The translations under genes were made by a program, and so were the position numbers. A stretch of 64,000 nucleotides of DNA from Octopus vulgaris. Lineage: Eukaryota. The notes beneath the pieces are model-generated. The model had not been told where the DNA came from and ran no database searches. It saw nothing but the letters and a program-made list of their open reading frames with translations. Where the stretch lies: the NCBI GenBank assembly GCA_951406725.2, contig OX597831.1:60326001-60390000 (forward strand), read 5' to 3'. Within the stretch, counting starts at the first letter, position 1. Each line of letters opens with the position of its first letter. Below are positions 55,300-64,000 of the stretch, one piece after another.

Positions 55300-55810
55300 T
55301 TAGCTAAGTCAAGTTTTGTGGTGTCATGGTTCATTCGAATACGGAGTTCTTGTCGAGTGATTTGTATCCAGGCTTATCTTGTATTCCTTGAAAAAATTTG
55401 TCCCGATTCTGTTTAGAGGTGATGCGGTCCTTTTGCTCTTTGATCTGTTTCGGAATATTAAGTAGGGCAGGGCCTGTTGAGGGAAAGAATTTGTGTTACA
55501 ATGTATTTATGTGTTATGACACAGAAGTGGGTTCCGGACGTATGGCCCGTGGTCCTAGCATTGAACAAATTTTGAACCTAGTGTTGATGTCGTTTTGGCA
55601 ACGCCAGTGATATATTATCCACATCGTGTAAATTATATTTCTGTCACGGCGGAACTGGAGAAATTAAAGTTTCAATGCTGTAAGGCGGTCCCAATAATCA
55701 AGGTAAGTCATGCCCTTAATTCTTATAGGGAATGACCTCTGGGGAGTTTCATTTTCGAAATATTTTATTCTGTATGTGAATACCACAGGGGCAGAACTAT
55801 TCGAGGTGTA
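55300..55810 (-). mobile_element. CR1-group LINE 3' end (ORF2 C-terminus)
   Basis: PQRSFPIRIKGMTYLDYWDRLTALKL*FLQFRRDRNIIYTMWII..GPALLNIPKQIK..RDKFFQGIQDKPGY..NS. Confidence 0.82.
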
Positions 55811-55937
55811 GCTGTACAAAGGGATATATATATAAATATATATATATATCTTTTGTCTTTTAGTTGTTTCATTCATCAGACTAGGGCCAGTCAGGAATAC
55901 CGTCTTAAAATTTTTTTTAGGTAATGAATTGATTCAA

Positions 55938-55982
<45 letters not shown>

Positions 55983-55983
55983 C

Positions 55984-56038
<55 letters not shown>

Positions 56039-56786
56039 GAGAGAGAGGAAGAGAGATACTATATGAATGCACATGTAAACATACATGTCTTTTTGTATGT
56101 TAGAGTGTGCCTGTTTTGGTATGTGTGGATATAAATGCCCAAAAACATCCCCCATACACATTTGTAAAACTATGGAACGACATCTGTAATTAATCAATTA
56201 GTTATATTTATAAAAGTATAATCTATACAAATCCTTCTCTTTAAAATAACATACATTGCACAAAATTAAATACAGATTGGTTTTCAGAAATTTTCTTTTG
56301 ATTCATAATATCTGTTTCACTGATAATGTCTGCTTCGTTGTGTTTTCAGATTTTCTAAATATAACTTTGTTTCAGGTCTATAATGAAGGGGTTAAAATGT
56401 TAAAATAATATTAAAAGATATTTTGAGGATTCGTTGCAACTTCACTATGTATTTATTTGTTTGTTTCCATAATAGAAATATATACATATATATATCCTCT
56501 ATGTCCATCCGATTTCCCCATCTGTATAAATTTAGAACTCTCCGATTTATTCTCTCTCCACTCAATTTCTCCCTCTCTCAAATTTACACACACACATACT
56601 CTCACTCTCTCTCTCTCTCTCTCTCTTTCAGTATGGACACAGACCTATACACATAGAGGCACAAGCATATAAGTATATATATGGATCGATCTAGGTATAT
56701 ATACGTACATGCACACAAACATACTCACACACACGCGTATATACATATGGTGGGTTGGTGTTAATATATATATATATATATATATA

Positions 56787-57085
56787 ACAGGAAGCTTTAT
56801 GAAAATAAACAAAAGACGAAGGCAGGTGGAGTACAAACAAACAATTGAATTAGTATGACGCTCAGGAATATAAATAAAACAAGTATTTTATGTTTCGAGC
56901 CTACGCTCTTCAACAGAAAGATACACAGAAAAGAAACACGGAGAGAAACAAGGAGAGAAAGAAATACGTGCAGAAGCTAGCAATTCAACATGGCGATTCT
57001 GGCCAGAAGTCAGAGACCAAACGTGAGACGCAAGAGCGAAAATAGGGGAGATAACTGGGTCAAATGACTTCGCCCCAACATAAGA
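56787..57085 (-). mobile_element. PLE-type 3' terminus in (TA)n with a hammerhead variant at 56881-56920
   Basis: Minus strand ttt-CTGTTGA-agagc(gtag)gctc-GAAA-cATAaaa. CUGUUGA core variant; stem III is probably CpG-decayed. Confidence 0.55.
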
Positions 57086-57179
57086 GTGCGTGTGTGTATG
57101 AGTGCGTATGAAAGGTCTGGACGTGTGTATGTATGTATATCATTATTTATATATATATATATATATATATGTACATATA

Positions 57180-57318
57180 TAGTAGCATGGTTCCGGATTC
57201 AATACCACAGCGTGGAACCTTCGGCAAGTGTCTTCTAGCATAGCCTCATGCCGATCAAAGCCTCGTGAGTGGATTTGGTAGACGGAAACACACCGAGGAC
57301 GGTCGTATATATGTATTT

Positions 57319-57370
<52 letters not shown>

Positions 57371-57626
57371 ATGTATGTATGTATGTATGTGTGTGTGTGT
57401 ACGTGCGTATTTGTGTGTGTATGTTTGTGTGTCTGTATTTGTCCCTCCACCATCGCTTGACAACCGATGCTAGTGTATCTACGACCCCGTAACTTAGCGG
57501 TTCGGCTAAAGATAGAATAAATACTAGGCTTACAAACAACAAGTCCAGGGGTCAATTTGCTCGACTAAAGGTGGTGGCCCAGCATGGCCGGAGTCAAATG
57601 ACTGAAACAAATAACAGAATAAAAGA
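57180..57626 (+). mobile_element. SINE (8470-8930 family), 5' slightly truncated
   Basis: GGCAAGTGTCTTCT..GTGAGTGGATTTGGTAGACGGAAAC..CCCGTAACTTAGCGGTTCGGC..CAAATGACTGAAACAA. Confidence 0.85.
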
Positions 57627-57654
57627 ATTAAACAATATATAGATAGATAGATAA

Positions 57655-59432
57655 TCATCATCATCATTGTTCGACCGTGGTCGAGACAATGGAATTTACT
57701 ATGTTGCGCCAGACTTCACGGTCCATCATAGCATTACGGAGGTCCTGTTGCTGGATGCCTGTATCCCTGGAGATTAAATCAGGGTAGGAGAGCGTGCGCC
57801 CTCTGGTGTTGCGAGTAGATGGCTTCCAGAGGAGAAGAGTAGAAATTACTTCTTTTTCAGCTCTACAACAATGTCCAGCAAACTGGACTCTCCTACCTTT
57901 CACAAGAGATGACACAGGTGGTAATTTCCCATATATTTGCATTTTAGTTGGATGGCGCCTCCACGACAGATTTTGAGCTCTCATAAGGAGGCGAGTGTAG
58001 GTTCCATCCAACCGCCTCTCAAGCTTCTTTGATAACGTCCAGGTTTCTGAGCCATATAGTAGGATTGGTTCGACTGTGGCTTTGAATATTTCAAGTTTCA
58101 AGTCTCTACTTAGATTTGATGACCAGATCTTATGCATGTCATTACAGGCTGATCAGGCCATACCCTTTCTAGTTAGAAAGTATTTTCCAGATGATGATAT
58201 GTATGACCCAATATATTTATAATGAGAAACCATATTTAAAGGTGCACTGTTGAGAGTGTGGATGATGCAATCACTGTTGGACAGGCACTTGTTTATGTAT
58301 TCAGTTTTGGCCTCATTGAGGTAAAGACCTACACAATTTGAGGCTTGTTCAAGAGATTGTAAAAGAGACTTGGCATTGGAGAGAGAATCACTGATAAGAG
58401 CGATGTCGTCAGCAAAGTCAGTGTCTGTCAAGTACTCAGCTGGGTGTCTGGAACTTCTTCTTGGTTTTATTTCAAAGCCCTTGCCAGAGATGGTATCAAC
58501 TGACATACGTAGCACATAATCAACAACAATGATGAACAGAAATGGGGTGAGTGTGTCTCCCTGCAGTATTCCGGCTTCGATCGAGAAAGATGATGTTTCT
58601 CCATCAGGGGTTAAGATGGTTGAAGACGTATCTGTGTAGAGGACCTTGATGGCTGAAATAATTTTGTCTGGTATCCCATAGAGCTTAAGGATTTCAAACA
58701 TCTTGTACCTATCTACAGAATCGAACGCTTTAGAAAAGTCTACAAATACCATTGCAAGATCGCGATTAAATGCTTTTGATTTTTCAATAAGTCTGCGCAG
58801 GCATAGTATCTGGCTCAGCGTTGAGCGCCCATGTCTGAATCCATTTTGGTTCTTTCGGAGCAAAGGTTCAACAAAAAGGACAAGATGATTTAGGATCAGT
58901 TTATTGTACAGTTTTGCAGCAATTGACATTAGAGATATGCCCCTGTAGTTGGTGACGAGGGACAAATCGCCTTTTTTGGGTATTGGAATGATTTGAGATT
59001 GGTGCCAAATCTTTGGAGCGACAAAGGTGGAAAGTGTGTGGTTGCAGAGGTTAAGCAAAAGTGTGTGAAATCTATTATCCTTCCAAATTACAGCCTGAGA
59101 TGTTGTCGGGACCAAATGCTTTCGAGGCTTTTAGTTGCTTGGTGGCTGCTGTTAGTTCAAATATGGTAAAAGGGGAGGTGTTGATGTCCAGCGTGTCTGA
59201 TATAGGCACACTTGGGAGAGTGGGGTTATCAGGGATTTTGGCATTCTTCCCAAGGAGGTTTTTAAAATGGGTTGACCAATTTTCTAAACGCTTCTTAGCT
59301 GATCCCCCTTTAATTCTAATTGATGACCCAGAATTTTTGCCTGATAGGTCTTTGATGGATTTCCAGGCGAGATGGTGTTTTTTTACTAATGTGCTCTTTC
59401 GATAGTTTACTAATTTTGCCATTGATAAATTC
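57655..59432 (-). mobile_element. 5'-truncated, relatively young RTE-group LINE; RT domain nearly intact
   Basis: ORFs 59075-59420, 58153-59115 and 57664-58137 join through one frameshift (about 59095) and one stop (58153). Motifs PIPKKGDL..NYRGISL, QNGFR, FVDFSKAFDSV, GILQGDTL.P.LF, FADD and LLYGSETW. (ATG)n 3' tail directly after the stop. Sits in a (GATA)n tract. Confidence 0.93.
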
Positions 59433-59469
59433 GACCTAGATACATAGACAGATAGATAACTAGACAGAT

Positions 59470-59503
<34 letters not shown>

Positions 59504-59589
59504 CAACAAATGAGTGTTCAGTATGATAAAACGGTAATCATCTTTTATTGAAGCGGATGTGCCTCGTGAGGCCTACTGCTGCCTTGAAA

Positions 59590-59780
59590 ACCTTTTGTTG
59601 ATATCATTGACACAGCTGAAGTACATGGTTAGTTTTATGGAGCTCTCTGATAATCTCTCTTTGAGTATTCTATCCCAACATACCATAAATTCTTACTGAC
59701 ACCGATGACTGCAGTTTCCTCTTCGACGTATATTTTGTTATCAAACTATGGTACTCGCAACCACCGCATCTTTCAAAGCC
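59590..59780 (-). mobile_element. PLE reverse-transcriptase palm fragment (inverted relative to the adjacent thumb fragments)
   Basis: FDNKIYVEE..FMVCWDRILKERLSESSIKLTMYFSCVNDIN, a degenerate form of MY.RYVDDIN. Confidence 0.65.
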
Positions 59781-59859
59781 GATCCTCATTTTCTAGGGTC
59801 TCTGTAGCTCTGGGCCAGATATAAACATTATGGCCAAAGCACCCCTACAATATAATGTC

Positions 59860-60620
59860 TATGATCAAGAAGCTAGCACTATGGAGAGCATCCAGCAAAT
59901 ATCGAACTCCACCCACTAGAGTATTAAAGTAACTATAGACTACCCGAACTATAGGCTACTAGTTTTAGAGACTTTGACTGGAAACTAAGGATAGTAAGTT
60001 CCAAATCCTTTATTCCCATTATGCAAAAGCCTATTAGCTCGAAATACCTCGTCCACAGGAACGCAGTTATTGCAGACAACGTCAAGTGCAATATTCTAAT
60101 GGCAGACTTGGTGAGAGTGGTGTGGATTGTATACCGCACGTGCGGCGCTATATAATTGGAAAGACACATACATCATCTCATCTACCGCATGACAATCTCT
60201 GGTTACAATCAAAGGGGCAGGATTAAAGTGTTCAAAGGAGTCAAGGCTAAATCCATCCACCAGCATATTAAAGTAACAATAGACTATCCTAACACGCACC
60301 CGAATTATAAGCTACCGGTTTTAGACACAGTACTCTGTCTGGGAAGATCCTTTATTCCCATTATGCCAAATTCATGACTTCTTAATACCTGGTCCACGAG
60401 AACGCAAATATTACAGACAACGCTAAGTTCAATATTCTAATTGCAGACTGGGTGTGAGTGATGAGGAATGTGTCGCGCACGTACGACCCTGGAGAGTTGG
60501 AAAGACTCATACATTTCATCCACCGCGTGCAATGCTCTGGCTAAAACCAAAGTACTGGATTAAAGTGTACCAAGGAGACAGGGTTAAGTACAAGACTGTC
60601 ACAGAGGGTGAGGAAAAGGT
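59860..60620 (+). mobile_element. Two diverged tandem copies of a PLE RT thumb/linker segment
   Basis: Copy 1: TMESIQQISNSTH*SIKVTIDYPN..ILYSHYAK..SSKYLVHRNA..NILMADLVRV..IYRMTISGY. Copy 2 (from about 60251): SIHQHIKVTIDYPNTHPNYKLPVLD..ILYSHYAK..YLVHENA..NILIAD. Confidence 0.8.
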
Positions 60621-60967
60621 AGATCTGCCCAGCTCCTGGTGTGACAAAAATAATACCAGAGTGTCCTGTTCGTTGATAATAGCCATGGCGGCGACCTAGC
60701 ATACCTCTAAGAAAATCATTAGATAATGTAAATCTACTTTTAAAGTAGTAGCGATGCCTGGATCCCCATAAAATCCCTGATCTGTAGATCTTATTCCTTT
60801 GATGGATCTTCATGTACGGTGAACAATTTTATAGTATATAGGATGAACCCACAGGTTAACTGTCAGTGTTCTACCAACATGTTCAAGTAAAACATTAAGG
60901 CTTGGTTAATAACATAGAGGTTAAGATATTATAACGCATAGAAGAGACACGCCACGTAGATTACAGA

Positions 60968-61132
60968 TGGTGTGGTTGGAGCTGTCATCGGTGCTATTGA
61001 GATGAGAGATACAGTTGCCAGTGTTATTGATATCATTAGGGCTTGTGGTACTGGTATTTCTGTTAGGGATACTTCCGTAGCTGTTGTTATTATTATCATC
61101 GTTGCTATCGATGGTACTGCTTCTATCTCTGT
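60968..61132 (-). repeat. 165-bp direct duplicate of 53272-53436 (PLE N-rich linker)
   Basis: Same length and orientation; 4 mismatches counted by eye. Confidence 0.92.
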
Positions 61133-61233
61133 ACAATAGCACCAAACAATACCACACTTCGCTACACGACGACTAAAGACATAAGGGGATGGAAAAAGAA
61201 ATTCAGGATGCATATATATATATATATATATGA

Positions 61234-61503
61234 CAGGATAAATCCAACCAAACTACCCTCGCCGCCCACATCTGGTACCTTAAAAGGAACTCAATCCCCT
61301 TCAAGACCAAGTGGAAACTACTACAGAAGGCGCGCTCGTACACAGGAGGACATACCTGCTGTGACCTATGCATATCAGAGAGCCTAGAGATCTTGTTCGC
61401 CAAAGGCCCTCTCCTTAACAAATTTTCAGAACACTCCCCAAATTGCATGCATAAGAAGTATGCGAACTACAAGAACTATAGACCTACCCGGCAACCTGAT
61501 TGA
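61234..61503 (+). mobile_element. 5'-truncated PLE: open GIY-YIG C-terminal segment (89 codons plus stop), followed by a long simple-repeat 3' UTR
   Basis: QDKSNQTTLAAHIWYLKRNSIPFKTKWKLLQKARSYTGGHTCCDLCISESLEILFAKGPLLNKFSEHSPNCMHKK... with no internal stop. Begins right after (TA)n. Confidence 0.88.
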
Positions 61504-61584
61504 TGACAACCCCCCTACAACCCCCCCAACCCCACTGTTCCCCTAGCACCCCCGATTACCTTTTCTCCTAAGACCTTTCACATA

Positions 61585-62144
61585 TTATATGTGCACGCTT
61601 GTATATGTGTATCGTATGTATGTATGTATATATGTATAGAAATGCATGGGTACAGTAGGAATATACGCATGTATTATGTGTGTGTGTGTGTATGTATGCA
61701 TGTAAAAATTAAAAAAAAAAAAAATATATATATATGTATATATATATATTTATATATATATATATATATGTATGTGCTTGTATGTGTGTGTGTGTGTATA
61801 TGTGTATATGTGTTTGTATGTATATGTGTATATATGTATATGCATATGTATGTGTAAATGTATGTGCTTATGTATGTGTATGTATGTATAAAATATTATA
61901 TAATTAGGGCTTAGGAAAATAAAATAAATTACTTTGCCACATACTAAACTTTCTAGAAATAGCAGCCAATAAAGTTTTTTAGCCTCTTCCACTACTTAGA
62001 GAATTTTTTTCCCTCTAACATTGTTCACTCAAAATAATAATGGTCCCTTTACATACTGAACACTTGATGAAATTGATTAATAACTAATTAACTTTACCCT
62101 CCCTTGTTGATATATATATACATATGTATATGTGTACATGTATG

Positions 62145-62177
<33 letters not shown>

Positions 62178-62425
62178 ATGTGTGTATGTATGTATTTGTA
62201 TATGTGTGTGTGTATATGTATGTGTGCGCGTGTGTGTGTATGTATGTGTATGTATACTTGTATATGTATATGCATGAATGTATATATATGTGTGTGTATA
62301 TGTGTATTATGTATGTATTTATATAGATATGTAGTTTATATATATATATATGTATGTATATGCATCTGTCTGTGTGTGTGTATGTGTATATATGTGTATC
62401 ATTTTTGCGTATGTATACATGTATA

Positions 62426-62474
<49 letters not shown>

Positions 62475-62779
62475 GTGTATATATATGTATATATATATAT
62501 ATGCATACGTATGTGTATGTACATGTATATATGTATGTGTGTATATGTATATATGTTTATATATGTGAGTATGTAGTGATATAAGTATATGCATGTGTAT
62601 GTATGGGTATGTGTATCAGTGTATATGTATATATGTATGTGTGTGTGTATGTATATGTATGTATATGTGTATATATGTATGTGTATATGTGTATGTATAT
62701 ATATATATATATATATGTGTATATGTGTGTATGTATGTGTATGTGTATGTATGTGTATATATATCTATATATGTATATA

Positions 62780-62823
<44 letters not shown>

Positions 62824-63313
62824 TGCGTGTGTGTATGTATGCATATATGTATGCATGCATGTATATGTGTATGTATATATATGTGTGTAAGTGTGTGCAT
62901 ATATGTATTTGTAAGTATGTGTGCGCGTATGAGTATGTATGTATGCTTGCACACGTGTATATATATGTGTGTGTGTGTATATATATGGATGCGCGTGCGT
63001 GTGTGCACGTGTATGGGTACGCATGTATATGTGTATGTGCGTGTATGCGTATACGTGTATGTATGTATGTGTGTGTGTAGATTTGTATATGTATGTGTGA
63101 GTGTGTATATATATATATATATATATATACATATATATAGATGGGTGTGTGTATGCGTATAAATGCATGTAAGTATGGATGTATGGATGTATGTATGTAT
63201 GTATACGTATGTATGTGTGTATGTGTGTATGTATATATATATGTGTGTATATATGTTTGTGTATGTATATATATGTGTATGTATGTGTGTGTATATGTAT
63301 GTGTATGTGTATG

Positions 63314-63363
<50 letters not shown>

Positions 63364-64000
63364 TATGTATCTGTATGTAGGAGTATATATGTGTGTGTGT
63401 GTATGTATATGCGGGTATATATATATATATATGTATATTTATTGGTGTATATGTATAGACTAGCCTCCTAAAGTGTAGACACGAATCTGTAGGTACGAGT
63501 ACGTATGTGTATATACGTGAACGTATGTAGATGTTTGTATGTATGAATATAACGCGTGCGTACGTGTATGTGTATGAGTGTACGAATGGGTGAATGTACG
63601 TGCTAATGAGTGTGCGTGCGGGAATGAGTACTTGCCTTCTAGTAGACAGACAAATGGACAAGCAGCCATTGCCAGGATTCTTAGCCCTAGCGATCAAAGA
63701 TAACAAAAGTAATAAATGAAGATAATAAAATTAAAATTAGGGAATGGGCCTGTATTGGATTGTATATATATATATGTATATGTATATTTGTATGTATGTA
63801 TGTGTGTATGTGTAGGTATGTATAGGTACACATGTGTATGTGTATGTGTATGTATATATGTGTGTATGTATGTATGTGCACACATGTATATATATGTATG
63901 CGTGTATATGTTTATATATATATATGTGTACATAGGTGTATGTGGGTGTATGTATATATAGGTGTAAATATGTGTATATAGGGAACTAGGTGTGTTGTGT
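61585..64000. repeat. Very long degenerate (TA/TG)n low-complexity tract, probably PLE 3' UTR
   Basis: Seen directly. GT-rich on the PLE sense strand, with short unique islands at 61900-62105 and 63620-63760. Confidence 0.85.

Noticed and set aside
3549-63961. Dozens of YI/CV/HT-, poly-L, poly-I and poly-N ORFs in the ORF track
   Set aside because: They are translations of dinucleotide and trinucleotide microsatellites, not genes.

Overview
AT-rich, microsatellite-saturated eukaryotic DNA. The SINE families and repeat landscape are typical of an octopod cephalopod genome (Octopus-like; this is an inference). No intact host protein-coding gene is visible, and almost all ORFs in the supplied track are translations of (TA)n/(CA)n/(TTA)n repeats. 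The window is a transposon graveyard: tRNA-derived SINEs of several families, a decayed Gypsy (Mag/K02A2.6-like) LTR element, two mariner relics, a mariner MITE, a Tc1/Tc3 relic, LINE fragments (RTE, Tx1/L1, R4/Dong, CR1) and many Penelope-like element (PLE) pieces. The most notable signal is a set of PLE-type minimal hammerhead ribozymes (HHRs). Two have intact cores (48767-48817 on minus, 50868-50910 on plus) and face outward across a 2.2-kb non-coding block set in (TA)n. Several more are degenerate. There are also long fold-back palindromes, one of which is centred on what would be hammerhead stem II. Scattered stop-containing exon-like pieces may be relics of secreted-protein genes (low confidence). 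All alignments and translations were done by eye, so boundaries of decayed elements are approximate.
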